A stretch of 64,000 bases of DNA from Eggerthellaceae bacterium. GTDB taxonomy: Bacteria > Actinomycetota > Coriobacteriia > Coriobacteriales > Eggerthellaceae. Position 1 is the stretch's first letter. Every line of letters begins with the position of its first letter. This document shows, in pieces, positions 17,687-26,127 of the stretch. The translations under genes and the position numbers were made by a program. The notes under the pieces are model-generated. The model worked only from the letters and a program-made list of their open reading frames with translations, searched no databases and was not told the DNA's origin. The stretch lies in assembly GCA_017511465.1 (NCBI GenBank), contig JAFWJU010000054.1:620-64619 (forward strand). Direction: 5' to 3'.

Positions 17687-19162
17687 TTAAGCTGCCACCG
17701 AAGACATGCCAAGCAGGCTATCGGCTTCGTCGAGCATCTCGTTGCCCTTGTCGAGGCAGTACTGGTAGTACGTCGGGTTATGCGCGCCCTCGCTGTTCTC
17801 GGCGGCTGCAAGGTTCCAGTAGTAGCACGACGCGCGCTGGAGCCATTGCAGGCGCTCGAGCGTTGCTGAGTCGATGCCGTTCTTGGCAGCGAACTCGGTG
17901 TCGAGCGTCAGAACCTTCTGGCCATCCTTATCCTGCTCGGTAGCGACCTTGCTCTCGAGGTTTTCGATGTACTTGGCGCAACGGTTTCCAAGGACCGTCG
18001 TGGCCCCGTCGATTTCGGTTTGCCAGGCGGCCACTTCGGCCTTGATGTCGGCATGGCACGAGCTGCAGTCGCGGTCGATCAGCTCTTGGTTGTCGAGCGG
18101 GCTGATCCACTCGTGGCTGGCGTACACGGTGCCGTCAGAGGCGGTCGTGGTGGCCATGTGGCAGTCGTTGCAGTCGTAGCCGAGGTTCTGCATATGCGAA
18201 CCCTGGTGCAGGATCTCGTTGTCGCCACCGTAGATGAACTCGTACTCGGCATGGCGGATGGCAAGCATCTTGGCGCCGGTGGAGGCGTAGGTCCAATCGA
18301 CGAAGTTATGGTCGTCGTACCACTTCAGAGCCTTCTCGGGAACCATGTCGACGCGGCCGTTGTCATACGGGCTCGTGGGAATGCTGGTTCCGGGAGCCAT
18401 GGAGTAGTCGCAATGGCACTGGCCGCAAACCTCGCCGTTGATCGTATTGCCGGCGTCATCGCCCATGGCGCGGTTCCATTCGGCACGGTCGACCTCGAGG
18501 TAAACCTCGCCGTCCTTCATGGGCGTGTTGGCATGGCAGCTTGCGCAGCTGATGTTCTCGGTGAGGTCTGTGATCACCTCGTTGAACGGAAGCGCATGAA
18601 CGCTCTCACCCTCCATGTCAACCAAGTTGGAATACTGCGGCGACTTGCAGGTGATGCATGCTGCCTTGGTCTTGGTACCATCGGCGACGCGTCCGTTATG
18701 TGCGACGGTCCACAGCGAGAAGACGTGGCTTGCAGGCTCGGTGTAATACTTTGCGTAGCCATAACCGAGTCCGAGGATCTTGATCTCGGGGTTGGTCACC
18801 AGGTAATCGAGCTTGCCGGCGTCGACGTATTCGTAACCCTCAGGCAAGGCAGATGTAACGTCTTCGGTCTGCGAGGCATAGCCCTCGGCGACGTACTTGT
18901 TCTCGAGGTAATCCTCGGCAGGAGGCGTGTTCGTGGAGTTGGCCAGGTACGACTCGTACTCGTACGGATACGCCTCGGCCCATTGCTTGGCGGAGACCAC
19001 ATCGTACTTGTCGGGAGTCACCTGGACGTCAGCCTGCTGCACATTGGGAGCTGGGTTGCCCACCTTGGTCGAGTTGGCCTTGGGGGCGCATGCGACAAGT
19101 CCGGCGACCACCGCCACCACAACGACGACGCATACCGTGATTAGCAGCTTCTTGCTCTTCAT
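17687..19162 (-). CDS. nrfA: ammonia-forming pentahaem cytochrome c nitrite reductase, lipoprotein form
   Basis: The diagnostic CxxCK active-site haem motif is seen as CITCK. Four CxxCH motifs follow (CASCH, CGQCH, CNDCH, CSSCH). The signal peptide carries lipobox LVAC. Confidence 0.9.
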   Translation of the reverse strand: MKSKKLLITVCVVVVVAVVAGLVACAPKANSTKVGNPAPNVQQADVQVTPDKYDVVSAKQWAEAYPYEYESYLANSTNTPPAEDYLENKYVAEGYASQTEDVTSALPEGYEYVDAGKLDYLVTNPEIKILGLGYGYAKYYTEPASHVFSLWTVAHNGRVADGTKTKAACITCKSPQYSNLVDMEGESVHALPFNEVITDLTENISCASCHANTPMKDGEVYLEVDRAEWNRAMGDDAGNTINGEVCGQCHCDYSMAPGTSIPTSPYDNGRVDMVPEKALKWYDDHNFVDWTYASTGAKMLAIRHAEYEFIYGGDNEILHQGSHMQNLGYDCNDCHMATTTASDGTVYASHEWISPLDNQELIDRDCSSCHADIKAEVAAWQTEIDGATTVLGNRCAKYIENLESKVATEQDKDGQKVLTLDTEFAAKNGIDSATLERLQWLQRASCYYWNLAAAENSEGAHNPTYYQYCLDKGNEMLDEADSLLGMSSVAA

Positions 19163-19371
19163 GGAAAGCCCTCTCTCACGAAGCTGAACCCAGTTACAGC
19201 AATTCTATTTCATGATTGTCAACTTGGAAATATACAGTTCATAGGTAAAAAATCAGGACACTTTCACGTGCGTGGCTAACGTATGATTACCCATGCAATA
19301 GTGTCTTTTCAAACAGGTGTTTTGACGTGACTACGACAGCTCTCTTAGCAGTCTTGAATGGAGTGCATGAT

Positions 19372-20802
19372 ATGCCCGCTATAGACAGGAACAGCGCGAC
19401 TCCGTATTACCTGCAGCTGTACAGCCAGGTTGCAAAGGGCATTGAATCGGGAATCTACCCTGCGGGCAAGAAACTGCCTTCGATCCGCGAATGCGCACGA
19501 GAACTTGGCGTTTCGAACACGACGGTTGAACTCGCCTACCAGAAGCTCGTCGAAGAAGCCTACGTCAGCGCGAAACGCGGCAGTGGCTACACTATTTGCG
19601 CCGTTGGCAAGTCCTCTTCGTCCGATATGGACCGTTTCACCGACGAGTACCGTGAGGGATACTATCAGCTAACCGAAAGCGAGGTCCAGCGAGAGTCTGA
19701 AACCGTCCCGAAGTTTGATTTCGCATACGATTCCGTCGACGCAACCCTGTTCCCGTTTAACCTGTGGGCCCGCATTTCGCGCGATGTGTTCTTTGGCGAA
19801 GGTGCTGAAGAAGCGTGTCTGTACAACGACCCTCAGGGTTTGAAAGACTTGCGCGTGCAAATCGCAAAGTTCTTAAACGGCGAAATGGGAATCAACTGCT
19901 CGCCAGAGCAAGTGCTCATCATGCCCACAACGCGTGATTTGATTTCCGAGATCATCGCGTTGTTCGAATCTGATGAGACCGTCGTCGCCATGGAAGAACC
20001 GGGTTTCGACGAAGTGTCTTCCCTCTTGCTAGATAAGGGCCACGAAGTTCGTTTCATGCCGATGTACCCCTCCCCTGCCTGGAACGAGGTCGAGAAGTTG
20101 TTAGATGGCGTTAACGTCGTCTTCACCACGCCTTCAACCCAGTTCCCTACGAACCATGTCATGTCATATGCAACGCGTGAGCGAATCGTCGCATGGGCGC
20201 AGGAGAGCGGTGCGTACGTGATTGACGACGAGTACGGGTGGGAGTTCCTGACGGGCATGTCGCGCATTCCGCCGCTTGCCGTCATAGACAATTCAGGTCA
20301 CGTTATAACGACTGGAACGTTTTCCAACTCGTTCAGCCCGGCACTTAGCCTCAGTTATGCCGTTTTGCCGCCTCAGCTCATGCTGAAATGGCGCGACAAG
20401 CGGCGCGAATCTCATTCTAAGGTACCCTGGCAGACGCAGGCAGCCATGGCGTTCTTCATGGAAGAAGGACATTGGCGCACGCATATACGCAAGACCCGAG
20501 CAGCCATGCAGAAGAAACGCACCGTATTGATGAAGTCCCTCGAAAACCGCATGGGCGAGAACGTCGAGGTTGTGAAAGGCCCGAATAGCCTATACGTGCT
20601 CGTGAACGTGAAAGACGGGCGTACTGAGTTGGAATTGATCAATGCTGCTGCCAGTGCCGGGGTTCGGGTTTACCCGACGAGCAGGTACTGGGCGGGAGAC
20701 TTGCCCGATGAAGGCTGCTATGTGCTCGTGGGATATGCGGGCATTCCCATCGAGGAGATCGACGAGGGCATTAAGAAACTCGCAAAGGCCTGGGGTTTCT
20801 AG
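19372..20802 (+). CDS. MocR-type regulator (GntR wHTH fused to a class-I aminotransferase-like domain)
   Basis: The N-terminal GntR HTH is GKKLPSIRECARELGVSNTTVELAYQKL, followed by a long PLP-fold domain. An alternative GTG start lies at 19327. It is divergent from nrfA. Confidence 0.85.
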   Translation: MPAIDRNSATPYYLQLYSQVAKGIESGIYPAGKKLPSIRECARELGVSNTTVELAYQKLVEEAYVSAKRGSGYTICAVGKSSSSDMDRFTDEYREGYYQLTESEVQRESETVPKFDFAYDSVDATLFPFNLWARISRDVFFGEGAEEACLYNDPQGLKDLRVQIAKFLNGEMGINCSPEQVLIMPTTRDLISEIIALFESDETVVAMEEPGFDEVSSLLLDKGHEVRFMPMYPSPAWNEVEKLLDGVNVVFTTPSTQFPTNHVMSYATRERIVAWAQESGAYVIDDEYGWEFLTGMSRIPPLAVIDNSGHVITTGTFSNSFSPALSLSYAVLPPQLMLKWRDKRRESHSKVPWQTQAAMAFFMEEGHWRTHIRKTRAAMQKKRTVLMKSLENRMGENVEVVKGPNSLYVLVNVKDGRTELELINAAASAGVRVYPTSRYWAGDLPDEGCYVLVGYAGIPIEEIDEGIKKLAKAWGF

Positions 20803-20987
20803 TCACGGGCAGCCTTGCGGGCGACTGCCTCCTCGAGGAGCGCCATCTGGGCTTCTGTCTTCTTCAAGCCGCGCACGACGATCAGGACATAGACCAAGAG
20901 CGCAAGCCAAATGATCGCGTATGCTGCGATGATGTACGGTGCTGACGGCAACACGGTGCTGTAGATATCGGAGAGGATCGGGTTCAT
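20799..20987 (-). CDS. ccmD: CcmD-family small membrane protein (haem exporter accessory)
   Basis: The protein is 62 aa with a single TM containing AAYAIIWLALLVYVL, followed by a basic/helical tail. It is the last gene of the ccm operon. Confidence 0.65.
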   Translation of the reverse strand: MNPILSDIYSTVLPSAPYIIAAYAIIWLALLVYVLIVVRGLKKTEAQMALLEEAVARKAARD

Positions 20988-21030
20988 TCTTCCATCCTTT
21001 CGAAAAGGGCCGCAAGTTTCGCTCTCGCGC

Positions 21031-21792
21031 CTAGTCTTCCAATTGGTCTTTCAATGCTTGCATGCGCTCATCCAAACGTGCTTGGCGGAAACGCAGCCTG
21101 TACAGGGCAAACGCGACAAGCAACATGCCGACGAGCACAATGACGACCGTCATCGCCATATCAGGCGCCATGCCGCCTTCGCGTGTGATAACGGGATGGA
21201 TGCTAGAGGGTATCAAACGCGTGATCATGAAGCAGATGGGCACGTCGACGAGGGCGATGATACTGACGACAGACGCATAGGTAGCGCGACGCTCGGGATC
21301 GTCTACTGCATTTCGCAAAACGAAATACGCGATGACGATGAGCATCAGGATGAGGTATGTGGTCAGGCGCGGCTCCCACGTCCACCATACGCCCCACTCA
21401 AAACGCGTCCAAAGGTCGCCTGTCACCATCGTGAAGATGACGAACAGCAACGTGATTTCCATGGCGACGCGAGAACAGGTGTCGAAGCGCTGTTCGCGTG
21501 TCATGAGGAAGCGTATGCCGTAGTACGCTGCGAATACAAGCGCTATGAACGAGACGATGGCCACAGGCATGTGGAAGTAGAAGATCTTCTGGCTTAGCAG
21601 CTGCTGGTGCGTGACCATGACGTCGCCGACGAGCTTTGGCGAATCGAGCGCCGCGCCGTTGACGGGGGCCGCGTAGAGGAACGCCATGAGGAAGCCCGCC
21701 GTTGTCAACACCGCGCCTACGGCAAGTGCTGGAATCACCAGCTTATCGGGCCATTGACCCGCTTCAGGTAACTTGAGTTTCTTTTTAGCCAT
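21031..21792 (-). CDS. ccmC: haem exporter/haem-handling protein CcmC
   Basis: The WWD motif is seen as WGVWWTWEPRLTT. The protein is polytopic, about 250 aa. Confidence 0.85.
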   Translation of the reverse strand: MAKKKLKLPEAGQWPDKLVIPALAVGAVLTTAGFLMAFLYAAPVNGAALDSPKLVGDVMVTHQQLLSQKIFYFHMPVAIVSFIALVFAAYYGIRFLMTREQRFDTCSRVAMEITLLFVIFTMVTGDLWTRFEWGVWWTWEPRLTTYLILMLIVIAYFVLRNAVDDPERRATYASVVSIIALVDVPICFMITRLIPSSIHPVITREGGMAPDMAMTVVIVLVGMLLVAFALYRLRFRQARLDERMQALKDQLED

Positions 21793-21801
21793 ACAAGACT
21801 C

Positions 21802-22506
21802 CTATGCCGAAACGACGAAGTCGTAGAGAACCCAGCAAACCAGCAACATAACGACGTCATAGCCGCATGCGAGGACGAGCGGCATGACGAACAGGTCGGT
21901 CCAAAGCTCCGTTCCCGTGATGGCAGCCGTCGTGGCTGTAACGCAAGCATATAGCAGCGGATAGATGAGCGGAATGAACAACACAGCGAGCAGCACGTCC
22001 TTGCTGCGGGTGTTCATGGTGATGGTCGAGAGTATGGTGCCGATACCGGCCATGCCGATAGTGCCCACGAGCAACGGGGCGATGATGGCAGGCAACGTAG
22101 GTGCCACGGGCTGGCCTGTCATGAAGAAGAAATAGAACAGTGGAACGGCGATCACTTCTACAACAAGTATGAACAATATGTTGGAAACCGCCTTCGCAAG
22201 GAAGATGACCGAGCGGTCGAGCGGCACCAGCATGATGCCTTCCATGCATCCCTGCTCCTTCTCGTGCGCAAATGAGCGCCCTAAACCAAGAAGCGACGTG
22301 AACACGATGAGAACCCAAAGCAACCCGCCGCCCATGTTGGCGATGTCGATCCCGCGTGCCGTCAGCGCCAGTGCCGCGCCGTACACGATGATGACGAGCA
22401 GCGCGTATATGCCCATGGAGGTGAGCATTTCTCGCGTGCGGAATTCCTGGCGAAGGTCCTTCCGCAGCAACGTGGCGAAGTGGCTTAACGTGGAGGGACG
22501 CGCCAT
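21802..22506 (-). CDS. ccmB: haem exporter permease CcmB
   Basis: A six-TM hydrophobic protein lies directly between ccmA and ccmC. The N-terminus LLRKDLRQEFRTREML is typical of CcmB. Confidence 0.8.
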   Translation of the reverse strand: MARPSTLSHFATLLRKDLRQEFRTREMLTSMGIYALLVIIVYGAALALTARGIDIANMGGGLLWVLIVFTSLLGLGRSFAHEKEQGCMEGIMLVPLDRSVIFLAKAVSNILFILVVEVIAVPLFYFFFMTGQPVAPTLPAIIAPLLVGTIGMAGIGTILSTITMNTRSKDVLLAVLFIPLIYPLLYACVTATTAAITGTELWTDLFVMPLVLACGYDVVMLLVCWVLYDFVVSA

Positions 22507-23217
22507 CTATGCCACCCCCATGCCCACTGTTTCGCGGTATAACCGTGCGAATTCGTCGTAATCTAGCTGATCCTTGGGCGCGAAAGAGACAACACGCCCA
22601 CGCGACATGACGAGGGCGTGCGTGCACATTCCGAAACCTTTGGCAAGGTCATGGCTGACCATGACGAACGTACGGTCACCACGGACCGACTCGATGAGGT
22701 TGTCGAATATCTCTACTGCGTGTGGGTCGAGGCCGGAATACGGCTCGTCGAGGAAAACGACGCGCGGGTCATGTACGAGCGCGCGGGCAATCGACACGCG
22801 CTGGGTCATGCCACGCGAGAAGGTGCGAACTTGGTCGAGTCTTCTGTGCGAAAGGCCCACTGCATCGAGCAATTGGGAAACGCGCGCCTTCGGGTCGTCG
22901 ACACCGTAAAGCTCGGCGTAAAGAAGCAGGTTCTCCTCGGCAGTGAGGTCGGGATAGAGCATCGACGCATGCGAGATCATGCCGATGCACTCGCGTGCCT
23001 TATCAGGATCTTCCTTCAAGTCGATGCCGTAGATGAACGCTTGACCATCGGACGGACGCGCCAACGTTGACAGTACGCGCAGCAGGGTGGTCTTCCCCGC
23101 CCCGTTCGATCCGAAGATTGAGAGGAACGCGCCTTCGGGAAGCTCGAACGAAACGTCGTCGACGGCCTTTCGGATGCCGAAAGCCTTGCTCAGGTGCTTT
23201 GCCTCGACAGCGTTCAT
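22507..23217 (-). CDS. ccmA: haem exporter ABC ATPase CcmA
   Basis: Walker A (GSNGAGKTT), the ABC signature (FSRGMTQR) and Walker B (VVFLDEP) are present. The start overlaps the ccmF stop by 4 nt. The ORF extends to 23280. Confidence 0.85.
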   Translation of the reverse strand: MNAVEAKHLSKAFGIRKAVDDVSFELPEGAFLSIFGSNGAGKTTLLRVLSTLARPSDGQAFIYGIDLKEDPDKARECIGMISHASMLYPDLTAEENLLLYAELYGVDDPKARVSQLLDAVGLSHRRLDQVRTFSRGMTQRVSIARALVHDPRVVFLDEPYSGLDPHAVEIFDNLIESVRGDRTFVMVSHDLAKGFGMCTHALVMSRGRVVSFAPKDQLDYDEFARLYRETVGMGVA

Positions 23218-25304
23218 GTGCGCCTTCTGCCAACGAGTGCGATAAACGTGCCGACCATGAGCATCCCGAATCCCACCCAAACTAACAATATGAATTGGTT
23301 GATGCGGACGTCGAGCGAGAAGTCGCCTTGCATATTTACGCCGTGGTACACGACGAAGAGGTCCTCTTCAGCTTGGCTGATTACGCCAGCATTCACCTTC
23401 TGCTGCTGCGTGATGACGTCGACCTGGATCGAAGGGCTCACATGGCCTATGAACTTGTCGTCTTTGAAGGCGTCGAATTCGACTTCATACAGCACGGAGT
23501 TGTCGGCGTTGCTGTTGTCGGTGAACGAGCTGCCAGTGTATTCGAGACGGTATTCCTGCACTTGGAAAGACTTGGCGGTGTCAGTCGCCTCGTCGTATTC
23601 CATATAGCCAGTTTCCTCGTACACGTACATGTTCGAGCCGATGAGGCCGATAAGAATTACGGCCATCGCCACGTGAGCGAACGAACCGCCGATTGCGCTT
23701 GCGCGTTTCGCAGGCGTTTTGACATTGCGGGCGAACATGAAAGCCGCGTTGAAGAACAGAAGCGATGCAACGAGCAAGCCGATGAGTGCGAGTCCGTTGT
23801 AGTACCAGCCGGGGCCGGCCTCGAGCAGGGTCTCAGACGCCGTGTTGCCCTTGGCGATTGTGGCGTCGTATGCCGGGACGAACTGCGTCGCCCACCAGAA
23901 GGCCAAGATCACGAAGAGCACAATGGCGCAAAGGGCCGGGATGCGTGCTTGACGCACGAACTTGCCTGGATCGGTCTTTCCCCACGCGAGCAAGGGGCAC
24001 ACGGCCAATATAAGCAAGTACACAATACCAAGTGGACGCGCAATGGCTTCGTAGGCCGTGGCGCTGAGGGATTGTCCCCCGAAAGGCAACCAACTTGGCA
24101 GGGCCGATGAGACGGTCATATACGTGAGCAACAGCGTGAACACGATCATGATCACGTTGTTGAAATAGTACGCGCCGTCTTTGGAGAGCATGTTCTCGAC
24201 ATCATCGGCGCCTTCCGTATCGGCTGCGAACGATTTCCAACGCAGTGCAATACCTGCTATGGGAACGACAAGCGATACGACGATGAGGCCACCGAACAGC
24301 GCAAGCGAAACGGGGTCGCCGGCGAAGGCATGCACCGACTGCACGATTCCCGAACGCGTGATGAACGTGGCGACGATGACGAACGTGAAGGCAAGGCACG
24401 CGCACATGACCGCCCAGCGCTTGAAGGCGCCGCGTTGTCGGTACACGGTCAGCGTGTGGATGAGGGCCACGCACACGAGCCACGAAAGCAAGCTGGCGTT
24501 CTCTACAGGATCCCAGCCCCAATAGCCACCCCATCCTAGGACGACATAGGCCCATACCGCACCGAGGCCGATGCCCGCACCCAAGAACAGCCAACTAGCC
24601 AGGACGAAGCGCGTCGTGCGCTCGACCCAAAGCTTTGAAGCGTCATTGGTGATGAGCGCTGCCAAAGCATACGCGAAAGGAACCGAGAGACCCGCGTAGC
24701 CCACGAACAGCATGGGCGGATGGATAGCCATGGCCCAGTGCTCGAGCAACTTGTTCATGGAATAGATGGATGCTGTGGCAGTGAGCTGACCATCTGAGGC
24801 CATCCAATTATCTGGCGTCGGCGCGAAGGGCATATTCCCTTCCGAGAAGAGCAATAGCCCGCAGAACACGGCGACGACGAGCGAGACGACCGCCATTGCA
24901 AGGTTGTCGAGATGTTCGGCATACCCTTCAACCGCGCGCTTACGGTCAAACGTAAATGCACGCAAGAGGATGACGCCGTTGAATAGTGCGATGAGAAAAG
25001 CCCAGAACAAGAGAGATCCGGCGCGGCCGGCCCAAAGACCCGATAGCTTGTAAAGCCATGCGAGGGAATCTGTCGAGAAGGAGCGCTCCTCGACAACGTA
25101 CTTGATAGTCACGTCACCGGTCATGAAGCACACGACGAGAATGGCGCAGCACACGAGCAGCGCAGCTACGTTGACAAGAACGCCTATGCGGCCGATTTTG
25201 GAAAGTTGCGGCTTGTGTGCGAAATGACCTGCGAACAGCAGGGCGCATGCTGCAATGGCGGCAATGCCTGCAATTGCGAGGATTGCGCTGCCTGCCGTGG
25301 CCAT
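23214..25304 (-). CDS. ccmF: cytochrome c haem lyase subunit CcmF
   Basis: The protein is 696 aa and polytopic. The WWD motif is seen as WGGYWGWDPVENASL. Confidence 0.9.
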   Translation of the reverse strand: MATAGSAILAIAGIAAIAACALLFAGHFAHKPQLSKIGRIGVLVNVAALLVCCAILVVCFMTGDVTIKYVVEERSFSTDSLAWLYKLSGLWAGRAGSLLFWAFLIALFNGVILLRAFTFDRKRAVEGYAEHLDNLAMAVVSLVVAVFCGLLLFSEGNMPFAPTPDNWMASDGQLTATASIYSMNKLLEHWAMAIHPPMLFVGYAGLSVPFAYALAALITNDASKLWVERTTRFVLASWLFLGAGIGLGAVWAYVVLGWGGYWGWDPVENASLLSWLVCVALIHTLTVYRQRGAFKRWAVMCACLAFTFVIVATFITRSGIVQSVHAFAGDPVSLALFGGLIVVSLVVPIAGIALRWKSFAADTEGADDVENMLSKDGAYYFNNVIMIVFTLLLTYMTVSSALPSWLPFGGQSLSATAYEAIARPLGIVYLLILAVCPLLAWGKTDPGKFVRQARIPALCAIVLFVILAFWWATQFVPAYDATIAKGNTASETLLEAGPGWYYNGLALIGLLVASLLFFNAAFMFARNVKTPAKRASAIGGSFAHVAMAVILIGLIGSNMYVYEETGYMEYDEATDTAKSFQVQEYRLEYTGSSFTDNSNADNSVLYEVEFDAFKDDKFIGHVSPSIQVDVITQQQKVNAGVISQAEEDLFVVYHGVNMQGDFSLDVRINQFILLVWVGFGMLMVGTFIALVGRRRT

Positions 25305-25308
25305 GGGT

Positions 25309-25977
25309 TTAACCTTCCAGCGCGACGTCGGTGGCAGTGAAGTAGCCGTCTGAGCCGAGCGATCCCGTTAGCACGACTGCAACGCCTTCTTCTGCATCGT
25401 CTGATAGCGCGCCTGTGTAGATGACGCGCATGCTGGCCAGACCGCTTGCATCGTCGATGGCGAACCTGAAGGGAGCGTCGACCCCTCCGAGCGTGTTTGG
25501 CGCGATAATACCGGAAACCTTGACGGGCTTTTCGTACACGGTAGAGCCGTACCCGAACAGATCCTCAATCGTAAGCGACCCTTCGGCATTCTCGTACTTC
25601 GAGGGGCACTTGGTGACGAGCTCTGAGCAGTTGAGCACGCCGTCGGAGCCCTTCTTTCCCGTGCAAATCGCAGTGACATCATTACCGAATGTTGCAGAAA
25701 CGCCACCGTCGTAACGCACGTCCAGTGCGTTTGCGCCGGCTGGATCGGCTTCGGGATCGTAAATCTTGAACGTGAGGACGTTGTCTTCGATGGCGAACGA
25801 ATTCTCGACGACGTTGCCCGTTACCTGGATCTTCGCGTCGTCTTGAACTTCAAGAGCTTCTGCGACCGATACCGTGCGCGCTGCAGAGTTTCCACCTACG
25901 ACGGCGAGCACGATTATGATGACGATGACGATGACTCCCGTTACAACGGCCAGCCTGCGTTTTGCCTTAGCGTTCAT
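25309..25977 (-). CDS. ccmE: haem chaperone CcmE, CxxxY variant with a duplicated OB-fold
   Basis: An N-terminal TM is followed by a CcmE-like OB segment, then CPSKY at about residue 125, then a second CcmE-like OB segment. The ORF extends to 26028, but MNAKAKRR... is the likely start. Confidence 0.75.
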   Translation of the reverse strand: MNAKAKRRLAVVTGVIVIVIIIVLAVVGGNSAARTVSVAEALEVQDDAKIQVTGNVVENSFAIEDNVLTFKIYDPEADPAGANALDVRYDGGVSATFGNDVTAICTGKKGSDGVLNCSELVTKCPSKYENAEGSLTIEDLFGYGSTVYEKPVKVSGIIAPNTLGGVDAPFRFAIDDASGLASMRVIYTGALSDDAEEGVAVVLTGSLGSDGYFTATDVALEG

Positions 25978-26127
25978 GACACCCTCTGCCGCCTTCCAAA
26001 GTTGAGGTGTGTAATGGCGTGCTTTCAAACCTCAATTTTCGCCAAATACCCTGGAAAACGTCAAGATACACTTTTTTCGGGGAAGAGCATGACAGTTAAA
26101 CGATCAAAAGAATTCTTGTGTCTTTGC

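Noticed and set aside
18020-19144. Long antisense ORFs opposite well-supported genes. Examples: 18020-19144 opposite nrfA, 6280-7512 opposite iorA, 28956-30329 opposite glgP, 30648-32177 opposite glgA, 33611-34768 opposite glgD, 53427-55196 opposite rny.
   Set aside because: These are typical high-GC shadow ORFs. Their translations are Arg/Ala/Val/Gly/His-rich with no motifs, while the opposite strand carries unambiguous family signatures.
26001-26040. An inverted repeat GTTGAGGT...AACCTCAA followed by TTTT, between the GH13 gene and ccmE.
   Set aside because: The loop is 19 nt and the stem imperfect. The T-run is on the + strand, where no gene ends. On the - strand there is no T-tract, so it is not convincing as a terminator.
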